From Candidatus Omnitrophota bacterium (lineage in GTDB: Bacteria; Omnitrophota; Gorgyraeia; JAFGHF01): a stretch of 64,000 bases of DNA. Both the position numbers and the translations under genes were made by a program. Where the stretch lies: assembly GCA_020341815.1 (NCBI GenBank), contig CP070837.1, positions 1,474,607 to 1,538,606 on the forward strand, written 5' to 3'. The notes beneath the pieces are model-generated. The model searched no databases and was not told where the DNA came from. It was given only the letters and a program-made list of their open reading frames with translations. Of the stretch, positions 1 to 10,584 are shown in pieces; the first letter of the stretch is position 1, and the number at the start of each line of letters is the position of its first letter.

Positions 1-414
1 TTAAAAGTCGAAATATTAAAAATACTTTATTTTTGGTCTCCGTTTGATTGGGAGATTGTCGGTTATGGTGTATATAATTTTATGTATGGATTTGTCTTGC
101 CCTTTTTTATTCTGGGGGTGTTTACTACCTTTAAAAGATTTAAAGAATTGCTGCCTGTTTATTTACCTATAGTTTACACCTTTCTTATTAGCTTAATAAC
201 TTATGGTTCGCCGAGATTCCGTTTGCCCGTTGAACCTTACATTATAATAATTGGAGCGTCAGGGATTATGTACTGCATCCATAATTTTTCTAAAAAAACT
301 TACGCTATGTTATTAATAAGCAGCTGCTTCTTATTGAATTTATTATTCTATTTCAAATCATATCATATAAAAATATTTGTCAGGTCCGTTATGGAAAAGG
401 CTTATCTTTGGTGA
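1..414 (+). CDS. C-terminal part of ArnT/GT-C-like membrane glycosyltransferase (5' truncated by window)
   Basis: Frame 1 is open from base 1 (LKVEILKILYFWSPFDW...). Several hydrophobic helices and a 'GSPRFRLPVEPY' motif typical of GT-C C-terminal regions. Confidence 0.6.
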   Translation, partial: LKVEILKILYFWSPFDWEIVGYGVYNFMYGFVLPFFILGVFTTFKRFKELLPVYLPIVYTFLISLITYGSPRFRLPVEPYIIIIGASGIMYCIHNFSKKTYAMLLISSCFLLNLLFYFKSYHIKIFVRSVMEKAYLW

Positions 415-420
415 GAGAGC

Positions 421-2091
421 ATGAAGAAAAATAATTTAATAGTTATCTCTATATACATACTTTTATTTCTATGGGGAATAACAGCGCTGACTCGCGGATT
501 TCCCGATACAGAGAGGTTCTTTTCGCACTACAGCGATGAGAGGCTTGTGCTTACGTCCATTATGAAGTTTGGCTCGCCTCGCGGCGAAGCGGGCACATTA
601 AATCTTGCCCCGACAAGCATTCTCCATCCGCCCCTTTACCATTACCTCACCTTTATCCCTATCGGCGCGTTCTTTGTCATTGGAAAGCTGACCGGTTTCT
701 TTTCCGACAAGGTTGACTTCGTGCGATTTTATTTTAACAATACCCAGTACTTCTTTTTGATAGGCAGGATAATGAGTTATATCTTCTTCTGGGCGGCCGC
801 AATAATGATATTCAAAATAGCGAGGTTATTCTACGACAAGACAGTTGCCCATATAACCACTTTTGCATATTTGTTAGTTCCGAAGTTTATTTTTGATTTT
901 TCCACTACGCGGCCCGATGCGCTATTGTTCCTGATGGTCTCTATCTTTCTATACTTATTTTTGAGGTATTGCTTAGACAACAAAAGAATAAGATATTTGT
1001 ATCTCTCGGCTTTTTTCGTGGGGGTTTCTACAGCAACTAAATACAACGCACTGTTTTTAGGTTTCATTTTTATTCCCGCGTTGCTTTACCAAATGAGGCA
1101 TCGAAATTACAAAAATATTTTGCCTTTATTGTCAAAAATTGCCTTCTTTATCTTTCTCGGATTTTTTATATGTAATCCATTTTTTATCATAAGATATAAA
1201 ACCTATGCCTATAATTTCTTTTTGTTTGTTACGGTGACGGTGCCAGATTGTTATAGCGGTTATGCGCGTTCTCTGTTTCTTTTAACCCGTATAAAGGATA
1301 TTAGCTCAACTTTCTACCTGAATCTTTTCGGTCTTTTGATATTGATTTTAGGTTGCCGGCATTTCTACAAGAGAAACAAAGAATTAGCTATATACCTGTT
1401 TTTTGTCTCCCTGGTGTTCGAGCTTTATTTTTCGCTGTATCATAAGGATTGTTCTCCGACATATTATCTAAATCCATTGCTCCCGATAGCTGCGTTGGTT
1501 TTTAGCGCGGGAGTTGATTTCACTCTTAGATTTAAGAGAAGATTGCTGCCAATTTCAATTATGTTTTTTGCAATTTTGTTCCTTAATCATTATTGGGTTC
1601 TAAGGGATTTGACCGCAAGGCCTGACTATTTGCAGAAAGCCAGAGCCTTTATTGAAAAAAACATCCCCGAATTTACGAATATATGCATTGTCTCTAATCG
1701 CAATCTGCCTCAATTGAATATGACCAGAGAATCCTACAATCATTTAATTCAAGCCGGAGCCCATGAAAATCACTATAAGGAAATGGATAATGATGAAAAT
1801 TATGACAGTATTTTTAGAGAATTAAGGATACAAAGCCTGACGAAAAAACCGCAGTATAATCTTATAAAATGGGACAAAAAAATAAAAGATGAGAAAGATC
1901 TTGTTGATTTCTTGAAAAAAAACAATATTAAATATGTTATTTCCGGCGGGGTATCTATGATTAACGGAAAACGATTGGAAGATACAAAAAGCGCCTTTTT
2001 AATGAGGACATTTGAGTCTCCGAATGGAAAAAAATACAATAGAGGCGGGGTATATTTATATAAAATTCACGAGAAAAAACTTTTTTATTGA
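421..2091 (+). CDS. GT-C superfamily (ArnT/PMT_2-like) polyprenyl-phosphate-sugar-dependent glycosyltransferase
   Basis: 556 aa, multi-TM. First-loop 'HYSDE', plus 'HPPLY', 'RPD' and 'ATKYN' motifs, and a soluble C-terminal domain. Confidence 0.75.
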   Translation: MKKNNLIVISIYILLFLWGITALTRGFPDTERFFSHYSDERLVLTSIMKFGSPRGEAGTLNLAPTSILHPPLYHYLTFIPIGAFFVIGKLTGFFSDKVDFVRFYFNNTQYFFLIGRIMSYIFFWAAAIMIFKIARLFYDKTVAHITTFAYLLVPKFIFDFSTTRPDALLFLMVSIFLYLFLRYCLDNKRIRYLYLSAFFVGVSTATKYNALFLGFIFIPALLYQMRHRNYKNILPLLSKIAFFIFLGFFICNPFFIIRYKTYAYNFFLFVTVTVPDCYSGYARSLFLLTRIKDISSTFYLNLFGLLILILGCRHFYKRNKELAIYLFFVSLVFELYFSLYHKDCSPTYYLNPLLPIAALVFSAGVDFTLRFKRRLLPISIMFFAILFLNHYWVLRDLTARPDYLQKARAFIEKNIPEFTNICIVSNRNLPQLNMTRESYNHLIQAGAHENHYKEMDNDENYDSIFRELRIQSLTKKPQYNLIKWDKKIKDEKDLVDFLKKNNIKYVISGGVSMINGKRLEDTKSAFLMRTFESPNGKKYNRGGVYLYKIHEKKLFY

Positions 2092-2101
2092 GAGCTGACC
2101 A

Positions 2102-3430
2102 TTGATAATAATTATTGCTTTTGGAGTTTTATTAGGACTATTGAATATTCTTTCTCCCGGTTCTATCTTTTGCCTATTTATGGGTTTTTTAATAATTTTG
2201 GCAATGCGTTCCTTGCGTCCAAAAGAAGATAGAGTTTTTCTAACGAAGATTTTTATTGCAGGAATTCTTGTGAGAGTCCTTTTATTGACATCCGCGCATT
2301 TTATATATGCATTTTTAGATAAATGGGAATATTACTATGAGAATATGAGAGCGATACGCCTTTTCGGAGATAGCGCTTTTACCACTGTGCGCAGCTGGTG
2401 GATTGCACAATATTTTTCCGGAACTCCCTTGAAGGATTTGGTGTTTCAGAGTACATTCGGCGATTATGGCCATAGCGGCTATCTATATATTATGGGTTTG
2501 TATTATTATCTATTCGGATTTAGCCCGGTAAGTGTCAGCTTAATTAATTGCATTGCCAGTGTTCTTACGGGTATTCTTTTTTATTTTATGGCTAAGGAAA
2601 TTGCAGGGATAAAGCAAGCAAAGATAGTTGCCTCCCTGGTGATTTTTTTCCCCAGCCTAATCCTTTGGTCGATAACAAATTTGAAAGATTCGATGTTTAT
2701 CTTTTTCACAGCTGTAATTCTATGGGCATTTATGCAGGTAACAATAATTAAAAAAAATGGATATTTAATTTTGCTTATTGCAGCCGCATTTTTACAAGCC
2801 TCTTTTCGTAAATATATTTTTATACCTACAATTGCAATATTGGGACTTAGTTATCTGATAATGAAAAAGAAGACCAAATATATTCTTCTGGTAGCATCAG
2901 TTCTTATAGTAACTTTGCTCGTTACAAAATTTGATTTAAGAGAACCGATATACAAACTCATTGGTTATCACCGGGGTGTTGTTCATAGCGGCGGTTTTGT
3001 CTACCGTTTATTTGATGACTGGATTTATCAACGGGGCAGCCCTATCGCAGAACTGAGTAATTTGAGCATAATTAAAGGTCTGTTCAAAGGATGGTTTCAT
3101 TTCCTGCTTGAGCCTTTTCCATGGAAAATATCCTCAACCTTTAGCATTTTAGCTTTTCCTCAGATGATAGTTTGGTATTTTCTTTTACCTTTTAGTATTA
3201 TCGGCCTTTTTTTCCAATTAAGGCATAACTGGCAGAAAAGCCTCGTTTTTATAATGTATTTTTTGTCTATAGGAAGCATTCTAATATTAACAGGGGGCAA
3301 TGTAGGCACAGATTTTAGATTTAGAGATATATTAACATCCATTTTTATTTTATTTGCAGGAATAGGAATTTGCAGAATATTTTGCCTAGAACAAAAAGGC
3401 TTGGCTTCAGGAGCAATGGAGAAAAGATAA
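2102..3430 (+). CDS. Polytopic membrane protein, GT-C/Wzy-like (glycosyltransferase or polymerase)
   Basis: 442 aa, about 10 TM helices. 'FGDS', 'FFPSLILWSITNLKD' and 'NVGTDFRFR' motifs. TTG start. Confidence 0.55.
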   Translation: MIIIIAFGVLLGLLNILSPGSIFCLFMGFLIILAMRSLRPKEDRVFLTKIFIAGILVRVLLLTSAHFIYAFLDKWEYYYENMRAIRLFGDSAFTTVRSWWIAQYFSGTPLKDLVFQSTFGDYGHSGYLYIMGLYYYLFGFSPVSVSLINCIASVLTGILFYFMAKEIAGIKQAKIVASLVIFFPSLILWSITNLKDSMFIFFTAVILWAFMQVTIIKKNGYLILLIAAAFLQASFRKYIFIPTIAILGLSYLIMKKKTKYILLVASVLIVTLLVTKFDLREPIYKLIGYHRGVVHSGGFVYRLFDDWIYQRGSPIAELSNLSIIKGLFKGWFHFLLEPFPWKISSTFSILAFPQMIVWYFLLPFSIIGLFFQLRHNWQKSLVFIMYFLSIGSILILTGGNVGTDFRFRDILTSIFILFAGIGICRIFCLEQKGLASGAMEKR

Positions 3431-3436
3431 AAATAT

Positions 3437-4894
3437 ATGCGCTTTAAACGAGTGATTCTGGTAAACCCTTATTATTCGAATAGCATATTTACTATGCCTG
3501 TTTTACCTACAGGTTTAGGTTATATTGCAGAAGTTTTGAAGAAAAATAAAATCGACTACAGGGTGGTAGATTTAATGCTGGGCCACAGGCCGCATTTTTT
3601 AAGAAAACAAATATATGATTTTCGGCCCGATTTAGTAGCTTTCTCTATGATGAGCTTTATGTATAAAGATATATACGGAATGATCGGGAAAGTAAAGGAT
3701 GAGTTTTCCGATGTGAAGACCCTGGTCGGGGGCCCGCATATTTCCAGCTGCGGCGGGAGTGTCTTGGAAGAATGCGAAGCTATTGATTTCGGAATAACCC
3801 AGGAAGGCGAGGAGACCATCGAAGATTTATGCCGGCAAACGGATTTTCCGGATATAAAAAGCCTTATTTATCGGGATAACGGGACGATAAAGGTTACAGA
3901 GCCAAGGAAACCGATTGAGGATTTGGACTCTTTAGCCTTCCCCAGGTATGAAAATTTCGAGTTAAATAAATATGGCTTTGGGATAGGCATAGTTTCATCC
4001 AGGGGATGCCCTTATAAATGCATCTTTTGTTCGGCCCACGCTATTAGAAAGGAATACAGGACAAGAAGCCCGAAAAATGTAGTGGATGAGATGGAATACT
4101 GGTATAAGAAGGGATATCGCGAATTCGACTTGCAGGAAGACAACCCCACCTTTAATAAGGCCAGGGCATTTGAGCTTTGCGATGAAATAGAGAGAAGACG
4201 CCTTAGGGATTTGGTCATAATGTGCGGAAACGGCGTCAGGGCCGACAGGGTCGATAGAAAATTATTGACCAGAATGAAGGAAGTAGGATTTAAGAGATTG
4301 GCTTTTGGAGTAGAGGCAGGCAACAACAAGGTTTTGGCAAGCCTTAAGAAAGGGGAGAAGATCGAGGCGATAAAGGAAGCGATACAAACTGCGTGTGAGC
4401 TGGGATTCTTTGTCAGCATATTTTTTGTTGTCGGCTCTCCTTCCGAAACTGTCAAGGATGTAGAGGATTCCATCGATATAGCGCTGTCTTATGCGGTTTC
4501 CAATGTCAGCTTCTACAACCTGATTCCCTTTCCCGGAACAGAGTTATTTAATTGGGTCGAAAAGAACAATTATTTTATTACTCCCCCGGAGTTATATCTC
4601 AACCAGGGCGGACGCATCCAGATGGGGACAACGCCGGTTTTTGAGACTCCTGAATTTCCGGCCGAAGAGAGAAGGCGCCTCCTTAAAAAAACAAAAAGCA
4701 TCGAAAGGCATATTAAGAAAAACATTATTAATAAAAAACTGATTAAATTGTACCCTTTGAATAAGCTGATTGCCTGGATATGCAGTCTGCAGTTACTCAA
4801 ATATATGGAAGATAAGCTTACTCATTATGAAATATTCAGGCGGACCATCGGAGCGATTAGAACTAAAATCAGGCTTTTCTTCTATAAAACGTAA
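3437..4894 (+). CDS. Cobalamin-binding radical SAM protein
   Basis: N-terminal B12-binding domain (PTGLGYIA, VGGPH), 'SSRGCPYKCIFC' CxxxCxxC motif, 'FGVEAG'. Confidence 0.9.
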   Translation: MRFKRVILVNPYYSNSIFTMPVLPTGLGYIAEVLKKNKIDYRVVDLMLGHRPHFLRKQIYDFRPDLVAFSMMSFMYKDIYGMIGKVKDEFSDVKTLVGGPHISSCGGSVLEECEAIDFGITQEGEETIEDLCRQTDFPDIKSLIYRDNGTIKVTEPRKPIEDLDSLAFPRYENFELNKYGFGIGIVSSRGCPYKCIFCSAHAIRKEYRTRSPKNVVDEMEYWYKKGYREFDLQEDNPTFNKARAFELCDEIERRRLRDLVIMCGNGVRADRVDRKLLTRMKEVGFKRLAFGVEAGNNKVLASLKKGEKIEAIKEAIQTACELGFFVSIFFVVGSPSETVKDVEDSIDIALSYAVSNVSFYNLIPFPGTELFNWVEKNNYFITPPELYLNQGGRIQMGTTPVFETPEFPAEERRRLLKKTKSIERHIKKNIINKKLIKLYPLNKLIAWICSLQLLKYMEDKLTHYEIFRRTIGAIRTKIRLFFYKT

Positions 4895-4909
4895 ACTAAG
4901 GAATTTAAT

Positions 4910-6130
4910 ATGAAGGTTCTCTATATTTCCTATGACGGCGCTGCCGAGCCCATACCTCAATCCCAGGTTTTGACATATTTGAAAGAAATAAATAAAAAGG
5001 GTGTCGCTTTCTATTGGCTTTCCTTTGAGAAGAGGGATTCCCCTTTAAGATCGGCAGAGAAGCGCAAGGCCTTCAGGGAAGAGTTGTTGAAAAGCAATAT
5101 CAGGTGGTTTAGCCTGCCTTATCACAAAAGGCCTTATTTATTGGCAAAGATATTCGATATCTTAAGCGGCATACTTTATAGCTCTTACCTGGTAATCAGG
5201 TGTAAAATAAATATCGTCCATGGAAGAGGAGAAGTTTCATCCTTTATGTGCCTCATCTTAAAGAAATGCCTCTTTAAATTAAAGTTTATTTATGACCGTA
5301 GAGGATATATGGCTGAAGACTATGTGGAAGGGGGCATGTGGAAGGGCCGTGGGAGCCCTTTTTACAGGCTTTTAAAATTTATAGATAAAAGTTTACTGTC
5401 GTCTTCCGATGCGGTAGTCGTCCTTACCGAAAGAATAAAGAAAATCTTGATTGGAGAGAATGACAAAATTGCGGATAAGATTTCTACTATACCCTGTTGT
5501 GTTGATTTGAAAAAATTCAGATATAATTCATCGAAAAATATAAAACTGTTAACGGATTTAAAGCTGCAGGATAAGTTTGTTTTCATTTACCTCGGCTCTT
5601 TGGGGACCTGGTATTTATTGAATGAGATGGTAGACTTCTTCATCTTAGCCAAAAGGCAAATCCCCAATGCCCATTTTTTGATATTGTCTATGTCAGAACA
5701 CAGTGTTGTCAGAGATGTTTTCTTTCGCAAGAGCCAAACAGAGGAGGATTTTACATTATTGAAAAGCCCGCCGGGCCTGGTGCAAAATTATATCTCTTTA
5801 GCCGATGCGGCCTTAATATTCATTAAGCCGGTGTTTTCAAAGCTGTCTTCGTCTCCTACTAAATTTGCCGAGTGCCTTTCTTGCGGGCTGCCGGTCGTTA
5901 TCAACTCCAATATAGGCGATTGCGACGAATTAATCAGGCCTAATAGAATTGGAGTAATCGTAGATAAGTTCGATAACCATGGCTACCAAAAGGCCCTGGA
6001 GAAATTAAAGGGATTAATGGATGAAGGGCAGATACTTCGTCAGAGATGCCGCAAGGTAGCTGAAGACTTTTATCCTCTAAGCTTAGGAGCTGAAAAATAT
6101 TGGCGCCTTTACCGAAAGATTACATCTTAA
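4910..6130 (+). CDS. Glycosyltransferase family 4
   Basis: GT-B fold with 'SSPTKFAECLSCGLPVV' motif. Confidence 0.88.
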   Translation: MKVLYISYDGAAEPIPQSQVLTYLKEINKKGVAFYWLSFEKRDSPLRSAEKRKAFREELLKSNIRWFSLPYHKRPYLLAKIFDILSGILYSSYLVIRCKINIVHGRGEVSSFMCLILKKCLFKLKFIYDRRGYMAEDYVEGGMWKGRGSPFYRLLKFIDKSLLSSSDAVVVLTERIKKILIGENDKIADKISTIPCCVDLKKFRYNSSKNIKLLTDLKLQDKFVFIYLGSLGTWYLLNEMVDFFILAKRQIPNAHFLILSMSEHSVVRDVFFRKSQTEEDFTLLKSPPGLVQNYISLADAALIFIKPVFSKLSSSPTKFAECLSCGLPVVINSNIGDCDELIRPNRIGVIVDKFDNHGYQKALEKLKGLMDEGQILRQRCRKVAEDFYPLSLGAEKYWRLYRKITS

Positions 6131-6153
6131 TGAGGCAGGAGCGCAGTTAAATT

Positions 6154-7065
6154 ATGAAGTATTTAATTACGGGCGCAAATGGGATGCTGGCAAGTGCCCT
6201 CTGTCCGATTTTGACTGAGAGAGGCAACGAAGTTATTTCAACCGATATAAATGCTCCAGAGATGAATGCTCTGGATGTCCGTGATTCCGAAGGAGTTATG
6301 TCTTTCTTCAGAAAGAACAGGCCTGAGGTAGTAATGCATCTTGCCGCGGCAACCGATATGGATATGTGCCAGAAAAACCCTGAAGATACCTATGCCATAA
6401 ACGCCAGAGGAGTTAGGAATGTTGCCTGCGCCTGTAAAGAGGTTAGCGCCGAGATGGTTTATGTAAGCACCGGAGCGGTCTTTGACGGCAAAAAAGATGG
6501 ACCCTATATTGAGTCAGATAGAACTAACCCCTTGAATATCTATGGAGAGACTAAATTGGCGGGAGAGCATTTCCTGCAGGATATTTTAAAGAAGCATTAT
6601 ATATTCAGAGCGGGCTGGATTATAGGTGGATTTGAAAAAGATATAAAATTTGTGGGTAAAACATTGGAGCTTTTGAGAACCAGAAAAGAGCTGAACATGG
6701 TCAGCGACCGCTTTGGCAGCCCTACTTGTGTAGAAGACTTCTCAAGGAACATGCTTAAGATAGTTGAGGCTGGCTTGTATGGCCTGTACCATCTGGTCAA
6801 TAAAGGAGGGTGCTCCAGATACGATATGGCTAAGAAAATAGTGAATTTTTTAGGAAGAGACGATATTAAAATAACTCCTATACGGAATATAGATTACCCT
6901 TCAGTTACTCCCCGGGCCAGAACGGAGATAATGACTAATCACAAGCTGCAAGAGGCGGGAATGGATGATATGGTTTCCTGGGAAAAAGCTCTTCATAACT
7001 ATTTAGAGAAGCTTAAAAGCAAAAAGTTATTAGATAGAGTTATGTTAGGAGATGGGGTTGCATGA
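6154..7065 (+). CDS. rfbD: dTDP-4-dehydrorhamnose reductase (RmlD-like)
   Basis: 'ITGANGML', 'HLAAAT', 'STGAVFDG', 'PLNIYGETKLAGE' and 'GSPT' motifs. Confidence 0.8.
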   Translation: MKYLITGANGMLASALCPILTERGNEVISTDINAPEMNALDVRDSEGVMSFFRKNRPEVVMHLAAATDMDMCQKNPEDTYAINARGVRNVACACKEVSAEMVYVSTGAVFDGKKDGPYIESDRTNPLNIYGETKLAGEHFLQDILKKHYIFRAGWIIGGFEKDIKFVGKTLELLRTRKELNMVSDRFGSPTCVEDFSRNMLKIVEAGLYGLYHLVNKGGCSRYDMAKKIVNFLGRDDIKITPIRNIDYPSVTPRARTEIMTNHKLQEAGMDDMVSWEKALHNYLEKLKSKKLLDRVMLGDGVA

Positions 7066-8156
7066 GGCTAAGCCCGATTAGAAGGTATCTAAAAGTTTTA
7101 TTATCATATTACTTCGGCGTTCCTCTTTATCAGCCTGAGAGCGTATCTTTAGTCATAACCGATAAATGTAACCTGAGGTGCAAAACTTGTGAATACTGGA
7201 ATCAGAAGAGTAAGGATAAGAATTTCTTGAGCCTGCAAGACTGCGAAGAGTTGTTTAGTGAGCTGGCCGGCTGCGGTGTGCGGCAGATACAATTTACCGG
7301 AGGAGAGCCTTTGTTAAGGCCTGACCTCTTCAGCATATTTCATGCGGCAAAATCTAACGGCCTTGAAATAACGCTTCTAACAAACGGCACCTTAATAAAT
7401 GAAAAGAATTGCGAAGCTATAGTTGATCTGGTGGATTCTATAAATATTTCCCTGGACAGCCCTCACTCTGAGGTTCATGACTCTATCAGGGCAATTGCAG
7501 GAACTTTTGAGAGGGCGACAGAGGCTATCCGGCTTCTTTCGGGGGCCCGGAAGAGGAAAGATAAGCAAGTAGAAATTACAGTTTGCGCTACTATAAGTAT
7601 GATGAGTTTGCATAACCCTGCGGAGATGTTAGCTTTAATAAAGGAGCTGGGCGCGGATAGGTTGATATATAATCCGGCCAGCGCAGGCTCTTATGGATAC
7701 AGCAGCTTGAAGAGCGATTTTGCCAACGAAACGATGAAGATGGGAAGATATGATGAGATGGTGGACAAAATAATCGGGCTTATGAATGGGAATGGGAGCC
7801 TCATTAAGAGCAACCCCTTCTATCTGCAGAGCTCAAAGAGATTCCTAAGAGGCGATAGGCGATATTCTTATTTTCCGTGTTACAGCGCAGGATATAACGG
7901 CCCCCTGGTAAATTATGACGGTGAGGTTTTTCCATGTTGTGTTTGGAATGTTTCTTTGGGGAATATAAGAGAAAAGCCTTTTTCTCGCATCTGGAAATCG
8001 GAAAGAACCAGACTCATCAGGAAGCGAATAAAAGATAAGGATTGCCCTATGTGTTACCATCATACGCGCACATTTGATTATATCGTGCATTCGCCGTTTT
8101 TGATTAGGAACCCCGTGGGCCTATGTAAAGGGTATCTTAAATTATTCAGATCATAA
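7062..8156 (+). CDS. Radical SAM protein with SPASM/Twitch domain
   Basis: 'CNLRCKTC', 'FTGGEPLL', and C-terminal Cys motifs 'PCYS...PCC...CPMC'. Confidence 0.88.
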   Translation: MRLSPIRRYLKVLLSYYFGVPLYQPESVSLVITDKCNLRCKTCEYWNQKSKDKNFLSLQDCEELFSELAGCGVRQIQFTGGEPLLRPDLFSIFHAAKSNGLEITLLTNGTLINEKNCEAIVDLVDSINISLDSPHSEVHDSIRAIAGTFERATEAIRLLSGARKRKDKQVEITVCATISMMSLHNPAEMLALIKELGADRLIYNPASAGSYGYSSLKSDFANETMKMGRYDEMVDKIIGLMNGNGSLIKSNPFYLQSSKRFLRGDRRYSYFPCYSAGYNGPLVNYDGEVFPCCVWNVSLGNIREKPFSRIWKSERTRLIRKRIKDKDCPMCYHHTRTFDYIVHSPFLIRNPVGLCKGYLKLFRS

Positions 8157-8159
8157 ACT

Positions 8160-9473
8160 ATGAACGATAAAACGAAATTAGTGATATTAGGTGGAGGATT
8201 GGCGGGCTTAAGCGCCGCATATCATAGCGGCGGCTCAATCTATGAGAAAGAGCCTGCCGCAGGAGGGCTTTGCAGGTCCGAGCGGATTGACGGCTATACC
8301 TTTGACAGGGGTTCGCATATATTTCACGGCAGGGATCCCTATGTTTTAAATCTTTTGGAGAACGCCTTAGGCATAACTTTTAAGATGCAGTCGCGTTCCT
8401 GCTGGATTTATTCCCACGGCGTCTACACCAAGTATCCCTTTCAGGTAAACACATACGGTTTGGCGGAAAATGTGGTCCAGGATTGCCTGAGGGGATTTAG
8501 AGAGGTATGCCATAAGCCCAGAAAGAAAGAATTCGATAATTATCGGGATTGGATATATGCAACCTTCGGCAAAGGCATTGCCGAACATTTTTACATTCCC
8601 CACAGCGAGAAATTCTGGACTATTCCCGTAGAGGAGATGACTACGGATTGGCTGGATGTACGGGTGCCTATACCGAAGCTTGAGGATGTAGTCAGGGGCG
8701 CCGAATCTTATCAGACAAGGGAGTTCGGGCCTAATGCGCAATTCAGGTATCCCCGGGAGGAAGGAATGGGGAGATTACCCAGAGGCTTTTTAACAAAAGA
8801 TCTGCAGATAAGACCGGAAAAAGAAGCGGTATCCATAGATACGCACAATAAAACGATAGAATTTTCCGATGGAGAAAAGACAGATTATGAAATCCTGGTT
8901 TCCACCATTCCTGTGCCGGAGCTTATCCGATTGTTGAAGGATGTGCCCCCTGAAATTAAAAAATCAGCGGAAGGCTTAAGGTGCAACTCTATATTTTGTG
9001 TTTATATAGGAATAGAAAAAGAAAATCTAACCGATAATCACTGGGTATATTTTCCGGAAGATGAATTTCCCTTTTTCAGGATAAGCTTTCCTATGAATCT
9101 GTCGCCTTATTGCGCACCGAAGAATAGAAGCTCTATTCTGGCAGAGGTCCCTTATTCTAAATATCGGCCGATAGATAGGTCTAAAATAATAGATTCCGTT
9201 ATAGAGGCTTTGATAAGGGCTGAAATCCTGCAGAAAACCGATAAGATTGACAAGGTAGGCTCTTACGATATTGTATATGGATACCCTATATATGACCATA
9301 GCCGTAAAGACAATGTCTTCAGATTGGAGCGATATCTTAAGGAAAAATCGATACTCATCGCAGGAAGATACGGCAGGTGGGAATACCAGTGGATGCATGA
9401 CGCCATCCTGGATGGCAAGAGAGTCGCGGAAGAGGCAGATAAACTAAGCAGTGAGTGGGCCTATGGAAGATAA
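8160..9473 (+). CDS. FAD-dependent oxidoreductase, UDP-galactopyranose mutase/HemY-like family
   Basis: 'GGGLAGL' Rossmann motif, 'GGLCRS', 'FDRGSH', 'GRYGRWEY'. Confidence 0.75.
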   Translation: MNDKTKLVILGGGLAGLSAAYHSGGSIYEKEPAAGGLCRSERIDGYTFDRGSHIFHGRDPYVLNLLENALGITFKMQSRSCWIYSHGVYTKYPFQVNTYGLAENVVQDCLRGFREVCHKPRKKEFDNYRDWIYATFGKGIAEHFYIPHSEKFWTIPVEEMTTDWLDVRVPIPKLEDVVRGAESYQTREFGPNAQFRYPREEGMGRLPRGFLTKDLQIRPEKEAVSIDTHNKTIEFSDGEKTDYEILVSTIPVPELIRLLKDVPPEIKKSAEGLRCNSIFCVYIGIEKENLTDNHWVYFPEDEFPFFRISFPMNLSPYCAPKNRSSILAEVPYSKYRPIDRSKIIDSVIEALIRAEILQKTDKIDKVGSYDIVYGYPIYDHSRKDNVFRLERYLKEKSILIAGRYGRWEYQWMHDAILDGKRVAEEADKLSSEWAYGR

Positions 9474-10584
9474 AAAGAGGATAAAAGTTTTATTTATCAG
9501 CCCTTATCCGACCGAAGGGCCAAGCAACCGTTATAGGATAGAGCAATATCTGCCCTATTTAAAGAAGGCCGGTATAGATTGCACTATTCAGCCTTTTATG
9601 AACTCGGATTGTTATAAGATATTTTATCTGCCGAAGAAGAGGCTGAAAAAGCTTATCTATTTTTTATACAACGTAGCGCAGAGGTTTTTGGCTATCTATA
9701 AAGCCAAGGATTACGATGTCGTATTTATTCACCTGGAGGCATTCCCCATAGGGCCGCCATTTTTGGAATGGATATTGGCAAAAGTAATGCGCAAACCGAT
9801 TATTTTTGATTTTGAAGATGCAATCTATTTGAAAAGGAAAGGAACCCGGAGCTGGTTGGTAAATTTAATTAAAAGACCCTGGAAGTTTTACGATATCTTA
9901 CGCTTGAGCGCGCATATTATGGTATGCAATCAATATATGAAAGAATTGGTAGGCAGGTACAATTCAAATGTTACTGTTATCCCCACAGCCATTGACACGG
10001 ATAAGTTTATCGTGAAAGACCTTTCCTTGCATAATAATAAGTTAATCTTGGGCTGGATAGGCTCTCCCAGCACTTTGCCCTATCTTTTGCATATCAAGAG
10101 GCCTTTACAGAAGATATCGGAAAAATATAATGTTGCTCTAAAAATAGTCGGCGGCGGCAGAGATGTAAAAATGCCCGGGGTGGAAGTCATAAATGAAAAG
10201 TGGACTCTTAAAAATGATATACAAAGTTTTCAGAGCCTGGATATAGGTTTATATCCTTTGCCCCAGGATGAGAGGGCTATGGCCAAGACGCCGTTTAAGA
10301 CAATACAATATATGTCGGTGGGCATGCCGGTTGTGGCATCCCAGGCCGGCGCCATAGGCAATATAATTAAAGATGGAATAAACGGCTTTTTGGCATTAAC
10401 CGAGGAAGACTGGCTTAAGAAACTGTCCATCCTGATTGAGAATGCTCAGCTGCGACGCGACTTGGGCGTCGAGGGCAGGAGAACGGTGGAAGAGAGATAC
10501 TCGGTTAAAGGAAATGCTCCAAAGTTTTTAGAGATACTTCAAAATGTTTACGATAAGAGATATTTGAAAACAGGGAAAAACTAA
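9463..10584 (+). CDS. Glycosyltransferase family 4
   Basis: 'SNRYRIEQY', 'GWIGS', 'FKTIQYMSVGMPVV'. ATG at 9463 preferred over GTG at 9451. Confidence 0.87.
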   Translation: MEDKKRIKVLFISPYPTEGPSNRYRIEQYLPYLKKAGIDCTIQPFMNSDCYKIFYLPKKRLKKLIYFLYNVAQRFLAIYKAKDYDVVFIHLEAFPIGPPFLEWILAKVMRKPIIFDFEDAIYLKRKGTRSWLVNLIKRPWKFYDILRLSAHIMVCNQYMKELVGRYNSNVTVIPTAIDTDKFIVKDLSLHNNKLILGWIGSPSTLPYLLHIKRPLQKISEKYNVALKIVGGGRDVKMPGVEVINEKWTLKNDIQSFQSLDIGLYPLPQDERAMAKTPFKTIQYMSVGMPVVASQAGAIGNIIKDGINGFLALTEEDWLKKLSILIENAQLRRDLGVEGRRTVEERYSVKGNAPKFLEILQNVYDKRYLKTGKN

